Shown: piece after piece, positions 1 through 12,014 of the stretch
How the letters are laid out: each line of letters begins with the position of its first letter
How positions within the stretch are numbered: the first letter of the stretch is position 1
Position numbers and translations under genes: made by a program
Notes under the pieces: model-generated
Told to the model about the DNA's origin: nothing
What the model saw: only the letters and a program-made list of their open reading frames with translations
The model's database searches: none
DNA from: Octopus bimaculoides
Taxonomy: Eukaryota
Direction of reading: 5' to 3'
Assembly (NCBI RefSeq): GCF_001194135.2
Contig: NC_068989.1
Coordinates: forward strand, 9,659,537-9,719,317
DNA: 59,781 nucleotides

Positions 1-43
<43 letters not shown>
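1..43. repeat. (TA)n microsatellite
   Basis: Direct reading. Confidence 0.95.
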
Positions 44-48
<5 letters not shown>

Positions 49-3019
49 GCATTACTACATAATAATGCCACACACCAGACTTCCCAAATACATATATAGT
101 TATGATTGTATTTATGCACTGAATGAAGTGTTTCCATACTTGAACAATTACAGAAAAAAATATATATAATTTTTTTTAGATGATAATCAAGTGTGAGAAA
201 GAAGTAGAAGTAAAAAAATAAAATAAAATAATTATTCATCAAAATGTTTAGATAAAAAGTAGAAACAATATTGGCGGAGGGGGTGGGGGGTGCTTGATAA
301 AGTGTAATGGATGCAGAGGGAATAAGAGTACCAAATGTATCATACACAGAACAGCAACAGAACACATTGGAACTGGGGTTTACAGACTGAATACAATCAA
401 AAGTAAATATGGGGCAGACATGGAAGAATGCATGGAGCTTAAACCAACCGTAAATAAACCAAAACTCAAACGAGGACAAAGGAACAACAAAAACAATAAT
501 AATGACCACAACAACAAGAAAACATAGTAAATTAATAACGATGATGAACAAAAAAGGCAAAATAAAAATGATTTTCATGTCTCGGGTTGAAATGAAACCA
601 TTTCTAGTCTAACTGAACAAGACCAATACATCATTGCTATGAAAATATGATGGGAGATGAAATGCCCTTCATTTTGATTCAGGTATAAGTAAACAGTAGT
701 GCTTGGTTTGATTTTTGTTTTTGTTGCCGTTTTTGTTTTTTTTTTTTGTTTTTTGCATGTGTGCGTCTGTTGTGTTTTTGTTTTTTACTTTTGATAATAA
801 TTTAGTGTAAACATCGACTTCTTTAAGTGTTTACTGAATACTAAAATGCTTTTACCTTTTTGAAATCTTATTCAAAATATGTGGTGGACAGCACAAAGGT
901 TTACATAATAAACAAATGTATTAATAATCATTTTTTGCTTCTTTCTTGAATTAAGATATTTTTAAAAGAATTTTTGCTTGTTTTATTTTATCAACTAAAA
1001 TGAAAAAAAAAAAATTTCATTTTTATTATTAAATGCATTTTTCATTTGGCTAGCAAACAGCTACTTTTCTAAAGTATTGATCTATGAAACATATTTTGTT
1101 TTATTTTTAACTCGCGAGAGATTAGCATTTAAAAAAGCACATTAAACAATTTAGGTTTTTTTAAAGAAAATTTATATTATAGATTTTTAAGACTAAAACC
1201 CACATCAAAATATGTTCAATAATACTCTCATGGGAGAAGCAAAGAGAATAGAATTCTAAAACTAACTAGAATAAAATACAAAAGGCCAACACGTGATAAA
1301 ATGTTTTTTATGTACAGTAGTAGTAACAAACATTATTATTTCTCAAAGTCCCAACCATACTGAAATATTTGGAATCACTAGGTTCTTAGTTTCAAACTGC
1401 TTCAAAGCAAATCACAAAGAGAAAATAAAGACAGCAGTATTCTAATGAGAATTTACATGGAGTTCCCAAGTGGCAATGACAACTCTTGTCATGAAACATG
1501 TTCGGTATCTATCTGAATGGGAATGATTTACAAGTTATTTATAGCATTATATCACCAAAACAATCTAATAATCTTTGCAAAACAAATGAAAGTAAATTGC
1601 TCAATCAATGGCACAATTTCATTTATTTTCCATGAAGATAAGATTGTACAGCAACCAATGCTAGGTAGCTTTAAGCAGTTAATTAGCTGGAAGCACATCA
1701 ACAACAAATCACAGCTGTTGTTTCCAGAAATTCTTGACTAATTGACAATATTGACTGGAAAACAGACACTTCACAAGGAGTGAGAATGTCTTCGAAATAA
1801 AAGCTGTTGATTACTTCCAGCAGACAACGTAACTCAAGAAAATGACAACTGACAAATTCTAATGTTTTTATATCTGCGTTCAGTGGCTTTTATCAAAAAC
1901 ACGAATCCGCTAGAGTACTGTCGTATATTCCTTGAAGCAGGATACAAATTCACTACTAGCAGCTTAACAGAGGAAACCATATATATATATATGTATATTA
2001 TGAAATTTAGCGGCAGGCAAATGAGATCTTAGAGAGCATTCTTTAGGTTTCAGTTGCAGAAACTAAGAAAAAAAATCAATGGAAAATATGCGGCCATTGT
2101 AATAAGAGAGGAAATCACAGTAAATTGGTTATTTACACTTTGAAAAGAACAAGTTCAGAGAGTTTTAATATTAATCATATCAATGATATTTAAAATGGTG
2201 TAAAACAAAATTTAGTACGACTGTACCATACATAACAGGAGAATTCAGAGTAGGAAAGTAATTTTAAAAGTGAATCTAAAATTTCTATAAATGTTGGATT
2301 GATTTGCTTTATTTATAATAATCCAGGAGGGATTAGCATTGATTTTAGATGTGCAATGATATTTCATTTTGCTGAGATGTGGGAATTCTATACAATCTTG
2401 ATATAACATTGCTAGATTTAACTTTAGCTATACGAGGTCAAGACCACAATATTGATGTCCTTTACAATAGCGAAGATTAATTTCCCAGGTTTTCAGTAAA
2501 TAAAATAGCTAAGTTAAATGGTTGGTTTATTAACAGTGAAAATAAACTCTACTGCCACTGCTGCTAATCCCAAAGAGACAATGAGTTACAGTTCAAACCC
2601 AAGAAGGTTTCCTGCAATAATTATTGAAAACCATTGAATGGAAGACACTTATGTCCTATAAGGGTAGCCTAGCAGCAAAGTTAATAGACTCTGTTGTGGA
2701 TCTTTCATTCCAAAGAGCAATTCTTTCTCTCTCTCTCACACACATGTGTGCATCTGTATGTATATACATCTTATGTCTATGTGCGGATGTGAGTACGTAT
2801 ACATGCATACAATATACACACAGATACACACACAAATACATAGAGAGAGAAAGAAAGAGGGTAGAGGAGGAGGAGAGAAACAGAGCAATATACTTCCAGA
2901 ACAAGACATATTGTGGTAAAAATGAATGTTTCATCTTGTAACACGTCTGCTCCGACATATTTTGCCTTTTGTTACTGGCAGTCTATTTACATTCTTGTCT
3001 TGCAAAGTTAACAATGGTC

Positions 3020-3052
<33 letters not shown>

Positions 3053-3192
3053 ATTGAAGTGTGGCAGTGTGTAGGAGAAAGACATGGGGGAGGGGTCGGT
3101 GGGGAACAGGAATATAAAGAAAATAGAAGAGTGAGAGAGAGAGGTTATCAAATTGTTAACAGCACACAGACAATAAAGGAGAAGGTAAAACA

Positions 3193-3230
<38 letters not shown>

Positions 3231-3484
3231 CAGTCACAAAAACCTTATCACACACACACACACACATATACTACTGCATGAGTAAGTTTTATATAATTTG
3301 ATTTGAAATTAATCTTGTATGGCCTCTTAGTAAATCAGATTTTTAGATCATGCTTGCAGGGTAAGAACGTACAAATTTCCATCATTATAACCATTGCTGC
3401 CGCCACCAACCACCACAATTCAGACAACAACAACAACAGAAACAACTATTGCTGCTGCTAAAAACAATCATCACCATCACTATA

Positions 3485-3620
3485 CTCATTGTTGCCTTCA
3501 ATCATCTTCAGGACAGTTCTTACAGAGATACAAGAGAGAAACTAGTTGCGTCTGGAGTTCGAGAGCAGCTACAAATGGTAAACACCTCGATTTCGTGATA
3601 CAAGAAATCAAAAACAGCTG
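3485..3620 (-). mobile_element. Possible Penelope-like element terminal fragment
   Basis: The minus strand reads gtaagaactgtcctgaagatgattgaaggcaacaatgag; a cctgaagatga motif is typical of PLE pseudo-LTR ends. Several CpGs are retained. Confidence 0.35.
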
Positions 3621-3678
3621 AGTCTCAGTACTAGGTTCCAGCAGGGTATTAGTGATATGCTAGCCTAGTAGTTCCTTA

Positions 3679-3826
3679 TTCATTTTTTCTCCTTGCTTAT
3701 TTCTGTCGAAGAGCAGAGGCCTGAAACGTAAAAGACTTTCTCACTTCCCAAGCATTAAACTAATACATCAGTTTGTTGTTTACACACCCATCTTCATCTT
3801 TTGTTTTTTTTTTTCGTAAATTCTCA
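3679..3826 (+). mobile_element. Penelope-like pseudo-LTR fragment with 14-bp target-site duplication
   Basis: tgtcgaagagcagaggcctgaaacgtaaaagac... resembles PLE ends. Flanked by exact ctagtagttcctta repeats at 3665-3678 and 3827-3840. Confidence 0.6.
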
Positions 3827-4048
3827 CTAGTAGTTCCTTAAAATGGATTCACATACTCATCCAAATTAGAGAGCACATCAGTGTGTATAGAGGGTTTGGA
3901 TAGATAATAATTTGTCCAATCATCTACTGATTTCACCTCTGTTCACATCCCTTTCATTTGTTTTATGAAGAACTAGCAAACAGCAGGAATACTATTATGG
4001 TATTACAATTCACTGTATTTGATGGAATATAAGCTGCACTTTTTAACC

Positions 4049-4197
4049 ATGCTGGTGACACGTAAAAAGCACCATCCAAACGTGGCTGATGCTAGTATTC
4101 CCTGACTGGCTTCTGTGCCAGTAGCAGGTAAAAAGCACCCACAACACTCTCGGATTGGTTGGCATAAGGATGTGCATCCAGCTGTAGAAACATTGCC
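4049..4197 (+). mobile_element. Family C retroposon fragment (RTE-like tail family)
   Basis: ggtgacacgtaaaaagcacc...ggttggcataaggatgtgcatccagctgtagaaac is homologous to 7790-8040 and to 34310-34546 (inverted). Confidence 0.7.
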
Positions 4198-4817
4198 TAT
4201 AACTTAGGCTGTTTATGGTTTAAATAACAAGGCCACAGACTAGGTATATCTATGGGGATAAGAGTCTAGTAAGGCAATAGAGAAATAATACTCTTTAACA
4301 TGCATCTGTATTTGAAACGGTGGTTCGTTAACTTTGCTACAAGTTCAAGGAATCAGCAAGAAGCAATTTTTGATCTTAGAGAGAACTTTACGCATGCACG
4401 AACACACACAAACATTTTCCTCATATAAAGTATACGTAATCTTTAAAAATCAAGCATTTTAATTCAATCATGTGTGTGGATGCATGGATATGCATATATG
4501 TAGTTGTGTGTATGTGGATTCATATATATGTGTATGTATATTGATTTCCATTCTCAACTTTGTTCAATATCCACTAAGGATCATTAATATTCACAAGGCT
4601 ATTTGTGTGAAACCATGGTATGGATTTTAATATACACATAAACACATACACAATATAGATACACACACAGCAGTTGTTTGGATGTGTGTATCATCCATTA
4701 TGAAATGAAGATGCTCATTTGTTTTCTAAAGAATATTTAAATCATATGAAAACACGTAATAAAAGAAAAATTAATTTCTTTCTTTCTCTGTTTATTTACA
4801 AAATATATAAACATACA

Positions 4818-5285
4818 GGTACAGGTGTGCCCTGTAAGGTTAAGAACTTTGCTTTCTAGTATGGTTTCAAGTTCAGTTCCACCATGTGGCGCTTTGGGCA
4901 AATGTCTTTTGATACAGCCCTAGGTTAACCAAAGCTTGAAACAGGTAGACAGCAACCGAACGAAACATGTCCTGTATTTCCATATACATATGTGAATGTG
5001 TGTGGAGAAGACAGAGTGTGTATGTGTGTGTGTTTGTTTCTGTTTCCTTGCCTTCACATCATGTGAGAGTTGTAAATGAGTATCACTGTCATACAAGCAG
5101 TGTTGTCCATTCATTTCTGATATTCTGTGGAAACAAGTTTGACCATAGGGGGAATATCACATTGCTTGGAGATATGTGCAGGTTTGCTATAGAAAATCTG
5201 CTTCAATAATCTCCGTCCAACCCATGCAACCTTGGAAAATGTATGTAAGAACAATGATTATGACGATGGTGATGCTGATGATAGA
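4818..5285 (+). mobile_element. Degenerate family A SINE with family C-type 3' tail
   Basis: Head (caagttcagttcccacc...tttgggcaaatgtctt), internal (TG)n, tail ctccgtccaacccatgcaaccttggaaaat...gatgatg. Confidence 0.6.
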
Positions 5286-5578
5286 TTACAAACCAACAAA
5301 CACAGTGACACTTTCCTTTCCTCAATTACACACACACACACACACACACATTCACTCAGAAATTAGTAATGGGTGAAGTTAAGAAAGCTGAAAATTATTT
5401 GTCTAAATTAACAACAGACAATTGTACTAATTACAAATTTGAATAGATGTAGAAGTAATTATAGTTTTAATAAGTTAACCATTCCAAATAATTTATTCTA
5501 ATCACTTTTGTCATGTAAATATTAAAATGGAAATTTCATTTTGTTGTGCAAACAGTAACTTAAAAATGAATATGTATA

Positions 5579-5624
<46 letters not shown>

Positions 5625-6374
5625 GTACACATGACTTGATAGTCGCCTTGCAGCTTCTTTTGCCAGTTAGTATTGAAGGTAATCAGCTGAATACTTGGTT
5701 ATGGGCTTCCCAAGCTGTTTGCAGTTTCTTTTTTAAAGATCTTGAAGAACCTTGTTTTCATTTTTTTGTATCTCCCCACCACACATCACATCCAGCAAGA
5801 TAGGAGGCAGGGTTTGAACTCACAAGGCACAGAGCCAAAACAGATACCCTCAAGGTACTGCATCCTATGCTCTAAAATGCCGCCAATCCACCATTCTAGA
5901 TTGATACTTTATCATCTCGAAAAGAACGAATGCCAAAGTGAACCTAAGCAGGGCTTAAATTCAGAATGCAGAAAACAGCAAGACACTCTGGCCAATGCTA
6001 AAAAACAGCAAATTCAAAGCCATCAAATATGTATAAATATATATATAGGCTGAGAGAGAGAGGTGTGTGGGGGATAATTCAGGTTTTTTTTTAATGCAAC
6101 AGTTTATGGATATGGTGAGTACTGAAGGAACAAGGCTCAATAAATATTATTAAGAAAAGCAGTCTGCTTCAGGAAAATGGCAATATTTATATACTTTTTA
6201 ACAGTGGAATGCCAAGTAGATAAAGCTATAAATAACGATGTGCAAATGTCGGGTTTAAAAAAGCCTTGGATGGGAAAAGTTGAAGGCTTTAGCTTTATCT
6301 GCTTTGCGTCCCCACCATTAAAAACGATTTATTTCACACTTCTCACAGTTTCTGAATTCTTATAACATTCATTC

Positions 6375-6432
6375 ATATACATACATAGCTACATATATAT
6401 ATACATAATATACATACATACATATATATATA

Positions 6433-6502
<70 letters not shown>

Positions 6503-6900
6503 CACATATATATATACAAACATAGCTACATATATATACATACATATATACATATATATACATATATATACATACATATATATAAACATATACATATATA
6601 TATACATACATATATACATACATATATATATATTCATATATATATACATGCATATACATATATATACATGCATATACATATATATGCATACATATATACA
6701 TATACACACATATATATACATATATATACATACATATATATACATATATACACATACATACATATATACATACATACATATATACATATGTATACATATA
6801 TACATATACATATATACATATACATATATACATATACATATATACATATATACATATGTATACATACATATATATATATATATACACACACACACATACA
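6375..6900. repeat. Compound (TA)n/(TACATA)n microsatellite
   Basis: Direct reading; source of the IYIY/YTHI pseudo-ORFs. Confidence 0.95.
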
Positions 6901-7297
6901 TAACTTATATCTAATGTGCATATGCATTCATATTTTGCTTTCACTGTTACCAATTGCCCAGCATTCATGACTACTGAGAAAAGTTATTTCAGTTGAGTTG
7001 AGAACTTCTGCCATTCCACAAATTATATCCCCTTGAGAATCGGACAAGAGTTTGCATACAAGACAAGAGAATAACAATGAAGATATAATGTGCATTACAT
7101 ATATTATGATACGCTTCCATGAGAGACTGAGCATTTGATTTTGGTCTGTTTCCAAGACCTGCACATCACTCCTAGTGCACATAAGTCAGATGCTGAAAAT
7201 GTCTCTCAACCATCTTTCCCAGTTAAAGTTTGGTTCTATCAAATCCTAGAGATAATGCTACAGAATCATCATATTTAATTACAGTAAACGAAAGCAC

Positions 7298-7420
7298 ACA
7301 GTGGTCGAGATGTTTGAGTTATAATCATATGTTCATGGGTTCGATTCTTAGACAGGGCAGTACATTCTGTCCTTGAGCAAAACACTTCATTTCACATTGC
7401 TTCAGTCTACCTAGCTGGAA
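7298..7420 (+). mobile_element. Degenerate tRNA-derived SINE (CORE/V-like body)
   Basis: B-box-like ggttcgattct at about 7338-7348 followed by tgtccttgagcaaaacacttcatttcacattgcttcagtctacctagctg. Confidence 0.6.
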
Positions 7421-7445
7421 GGAGTCCCAGTCAGATGTCGGTACA

Positions 7446-7484
<39 letters not shown>

Positions 7485-7789
7485 CTATCAAACTTTGGGT
7501 GTTCTTCACAGTCAAGAGTAAAGAAGTCAAAAGGGTGTCTGTGTCTGCTCGCAATGACACACATCTAAAAACAATTAATGAAAGCAAGGTAAACATTACA
7601 ACCAATGGCTGGTTGTGCTGTACTTTAATTCCACAAAAGACCTCATATTTCAAGTATCATTTTAACAAGGTTGGCTTATATATATTGCTGTGATAGTTGT
7701 GGCTATGGCGGCAATCACTCCTTCATATATAATATTATTGGTGTGTGCTCTCTCTCTCTCTCTCTGATTTATATAACATGTATTACACA

Positions 7790-8001
7790 TGGATGTAGCA
7801 CTGGTGCTGGTGTCACATTAAAAGTACTGGTGCAGATGTCATGTAAATAAGCACCCAGTACACTCCGAAAAGTGATTGGCATTAGGAAGGGGCATCCAGT
7901 CAGAAAAGCCATGTCAAAGCAGACACTGGAGCCTGGTGTGGTTTCCAGCTTTACCAGCACCTGTCAAGTTGTCCCATCCATACCAGCATGGAAAACAGAC
8001 A

Positions 8002-8040
<39 letters not shown>
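7790..8040 (+). mobile_element. Family C retroposon 3' part ending in a (GAT)n tail
   Basis: taagcacccagtacactcc...ggcattaggaaggggcatccag...ccagcatggaaaacagacattt followed by (gat)n; homologous to 34310-34546. Confidence 0.75.
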
Positions 8041-8041
<1 letters not shown>

Positions 8042-8757
8042 ATGATATTAATTTCTTCTTGTGTAGCCCCAAAAGATTAAGAGCTATAAAGCTAACTTCA
8101 GCTAGATTTGAACTTAGAAATAAAGTAAATACTGTAATGTAGTTACTAAATACTTAGGACCATTCTTCCAGCTTACTATTTTCAGTTATATCCAAAAAAT
8201 TTTCAAACTGTGCCATTTAATATTTTGTGTAACAGTTTGTCCTTATATACACAATAGAATGTTAACATAAAGAACACTAATTTTTTTTTATTTTTTAAAT
8301 ACGCATTCTAAAAATATCAAATTATGGAAAATGGGTCTAAGTGAGAAGATGGTACTAAAGATTCCTTATTAGAAGGCCAAGAGGTGACTATTTATGTGCT
8401 ATATGAAATCTAATTCACTATGGCTCTTTGGTACTATCCTAAACTTGGACCATTATATTGAAAGATTCCAATTGAAACAAAATGTGATTTCTTTGCAGCT
8501 AATAAATAAATAAATTTATAAATAAATAAATGAATGAAAGAATGAAGAAATATAATAAATAAGTAAATAGATAAATGAAACCAATGAAGATGGAATATTG
8601 GCCATTTAAAAATATATAGAATACAGTGATCATTTCCAATTTCAGAATATTGTTCTGAAAGGATGCATTCTTTCAGCCAGTCGCAGCTGTAGATGGAAAG
8701 GTCAGCATCCTATTATGATAGGGATATATAAGCAATTTAACACAAAACAAGGAAGGC

Positions 8758-8790
<33 letters not shown>

Positions 8791-9261
8791 GACAGAGACA
8801 GGGAGAGGATTCTAGTTTAAACATTTACCATTTAGGATGCATGGACAGGATGCTGAAACTTAATAATAAGTATGTGTGTGTATGTGTGTGTGTGTGGTTA
8901 TGTGAACATGTGATAAGTGCAGAAGAGAAGGGTGCAGGGCTATAACAAGAGAACATTTATTACAAACTATGCAGACTGCAGTGGTGGATATATCGGGGCT
9001 TTGGACTTGTCTGGTCTACCTGAAAGTACCAAACACTAATGGCAGTTCCTCCTCTCTGAGAAATTAAAGCAAAAAAAAAAAAAAAAAAGACAAAGGAATA
9101 TATGCAAATTACCATGCTGCCTAGAATTTATTCTAAACACGATGATGATGATGATGATGATGACTGTGGTGGTAGTGATGGTGGTTATAGTAGTAGCAGT
9201 TATAACTAACAGTACAGGTGGTGATGGTGCTGTAGTAGTAGTAGTGGTGGTTGTAGTAGTA

Positions 9262-9292
<31 letters not shown>

Positions 9293-9654
9293 CAATGGCA
9301 ATAGTAGCAGCAGTAGCATAGTAGCATAGTAGCAGCAACAGCAACAAGGCTCCATCCTAAAATACCCACTTACGTAATAGAAACTATCATTAATGCTTTA
9401 TAAAAATATCGAGGAATATTTGTGTGTATTTATGTGTTTTTCGAAAGAAAAGAGGAAAATATTTAGAAAGTATCAGCAAAATAAAGGAGAGGAGAACTAA
9501 TGATGGAAAAGCTACAGAATATTGTTTTCCTTTTTTTTATTTATTGAAAAAAAAAAGGGGGAAAATCTGAGGCATTTTATCATAACCTTTCAGAATCCAT
9601 TAAAATTTGTTTTTATTATTATTTCATAATTTCTTGAAGGAGGAAGAGGTAATA

Positions 9655-9657
<3 letters not shown>

Positions 9658-9713
<56 letters not shown>
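9658..9713. repeat. (GA)n microsatellite abutting the 9714-10600 gap
   Basis: Direct reading. Confidence 0.95.
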
Positions 9714-11983
9714 NNNNNNNNNNNNNNNNNNNNNNNNNNNNNNNNNNNNNNNNNNNNNNNNNNNNNNNNNNNNNNNNNNNNNNNNNNNNNNNNNNNNNNN
9801 NNNNNNNNNNNNNNNNNNNNNNNNNNNNNNNNNNNNNNNNNNNNNNNNNNNNNNNNNNNNNNNNNNNNNNNNNNNNNNNNNNNNNNNNNNNNNNNNNNNN
9901 NNNNNNNNNNNNNNNNNNNNNNNNNNNNNNNNNNNNNNNNNNNNNNNNNNNNNNNNNNNNNNNNNNNNNNNNNNNNNNNNNNNNNNNNNNNNNNNNNNNN
10001 NNNNNNNNNNNNNNNNNNNNNNNNNNNNNNNNNNNNNNNNNNNNNNNNNNNNNNNNNNNNNNNNNNNNNNNNNNNNNNNNNNNNNNNNNNNNNNNNNNNN
10101 NNNNNNNNNNNNNNNNNNNNNNNNNNNNNNNNNNNNNNNNNNNNNNNNNNNNNNNNNNNNNNNNNNNNNNNNNNNNNNNNNNNNNNNNNNNNNNNNNNNN
10201 NNNNNNNNNNNNNNNNNNNNNNNNNNNNNNNNNNNNNNNNNNNNNNNNNNNNNNNNNNNNNNNNNNNNNNNNNNNNNNNNNNNNNNNNNNNNNNNNNNNN
10301 NNNNNNNNNNNNNNNNNNNNNNNNNNNNNNNNNNNNNNNNNNNNNNNNNNNNNNNNNNNNNNNNNNNNNNNNNNNNNNNNNNNNNNNNNNNNNNNNNNNN
10401 NNNNNNNNNNNNNNNNNNNNNNNNNNNNNNNNNNNNNNNNNNNNNNNNNNNNNNNNNNNNNNNNNNNNNNNNNNNNNNNNNNNNNNNNNNNNNNNNNNNN
10501 NNNNNNNNNNNNNNNNNNNNNNNNNNNNNNNNNNNNNNNNNNNNNNNNNNNNNNNNNNNNNNNNNNNNNNNNNNNNNNNNNNNNNNNNNNNNNNNNNNNN
10601 ATATATATATATATATATAAAGATAACTGCATGTTTTTTTTCGTTCTCGATGATTTTTTTCAAATGTTTATTCAAAAATTTTGATTTAAAAGAATAAATA
10701 AAATGGAATGATGTATTGGTCGTTATTCAGGTAAGGTAGGATATGTACAGACAAAGACCAAGTCAACTTGGAAAGGGAAGGATAAAAACTGATGTTGCAA
10801 GCATGTTACTAGAAGCAAACAGCAACAGCCAGGACACTGAGCAGCAAAACAAAGAAAGAAACAAGGATGAGTTTTCTAGAAAAGAAGCCACATGTACTGA
10901 CCACATAATAGTTACATAGTTGCTATGACATGCAGATTACATGGAGGGTAGAGTGCTAGAGTGCTGCTGGAAACCCTTACCATATGGTACTTAACAATAG
11001 CTGTTGATAAATTGAGATTTTGGGTGGAGGGCGCCCCTCTCCCTATTTTTAAAGTGTTACTCAGCTACAGTGAGCTACACGGGAACTAAGTAACATGGTC
11101 AGATACTATAAGCTAATTGAGATATTATCATCGTTTGACAATAATCGTAATAAGATGTTTAACTCCAACTTCCACACAAATATATTGAACAACAATGTAC
11201 TATTGCAGTGTAGGCAAGGAGCAAATAATATAAAGAAGTAAACACATGCCAGTAGAGAAAATTCTATATCAATAGAGATTGTACCACTCCAAGAGATGCT
11301 GTACTTCTCTGAGAGACACTACATCATGCCAAGAAGGAAATCACCATCACAACTGAGAGCAAACCACCCCAATAGTTAGTTTACCATTTAGACACTATTC
11401 TGATGCTGCAATTACTAATTGCTGTAGAAATTGTACCACTCCAAAACACACGGTGCTAACATGTTATGAAACATACCATGCCCATACAGATTTAAATGAG
11501 TGTACGAAAAAAAGATGAGGATTGAACCTAATGCACATCTTTGGAAGTGTGGTTGCATGTACACATTAAACCTCACTATGGTGAATAGTAAGACCCTTAG
11601 AATTGGAAACTAGAATTGGAATGCAAACAAAAGAAACTCTGCTATTACCAGCACAATGATATATTTTGAGGATGTCTTTTGTAATCTCTAAGAGGTACAG
11701 GTGTATTAACTTAGGTAGGCACCAGGATATATAATTCATAAAGAAATCTAGAGAAAGACAAGCAAGAAGGATAGACTAACTTAAGGAGTTATGAAAAAGA
11801 TGGTGAGTCCTTGAAAATAAAGCAGACATCAGCAGACAAACAGCATTAAACCTAATGAGACTGTTATAGACAACAATATTGGGAGACATGAGATGCAGAT
11901 TGTTAACCTAGAGAGACATCTAAAATGAATGGCCTAAACGAGATATCAAAAGTGAAGCAATTAATTAACAAAAAGCAGAGATT

Positions 11984-12014
<31 letters not shown>

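Noticed and set aside
1840-1980. Peptide ...LEYCRIFLEAGYKFTTSSLTEE, loosely like a P-element/THAP9 transposase segment
   Set aside because: A short, low-information resemblance only.
3512-3577. Plus-strand 66-nt exon-like segment (DSSYRDTREKLVASGVREQLQM) with AG/GT ends
   Set aside because: The apparent acceptor atcatcttcag is better explained as a Penelope-like terminal motif, and no partner exons were found.
6369-6970. ORFs rich in IYIY/YTHI/VCVC here and at about 14.7, 29.8, 31.2, 53.8 and 54.4 kb
   Set aside because: Translations of dinucleotide microsatellites, open only because the repeats lack stops.
6928-7182. 84-aa minus-strand ORF with a hydrophobic stretch
   Set aside because: No recognisable family and no convincing splice sites.
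8829-8852. 24-nt minus-strand segment with AG/GT ends, the same size as the human MAP4K4 mini-exon
   Set aside because: It has an in-frame TAA in phase 0 and a weak pyrimidine tract.
9590-10675. Long ORFs spanning N-runs (also at 23.7, 28.6, 30.7, 34.4, 36.4, 39.4, 40.0 and 53.1 kb)
   Set aside because: Artefacts of translating assembly gaps.
11278-11444. 15-bp exact repeat attgtaccactccaa, 152 bp apart
   Set aside because: Could be an old TSD or local duplication, but the intervening sequence has no recognisable element features.
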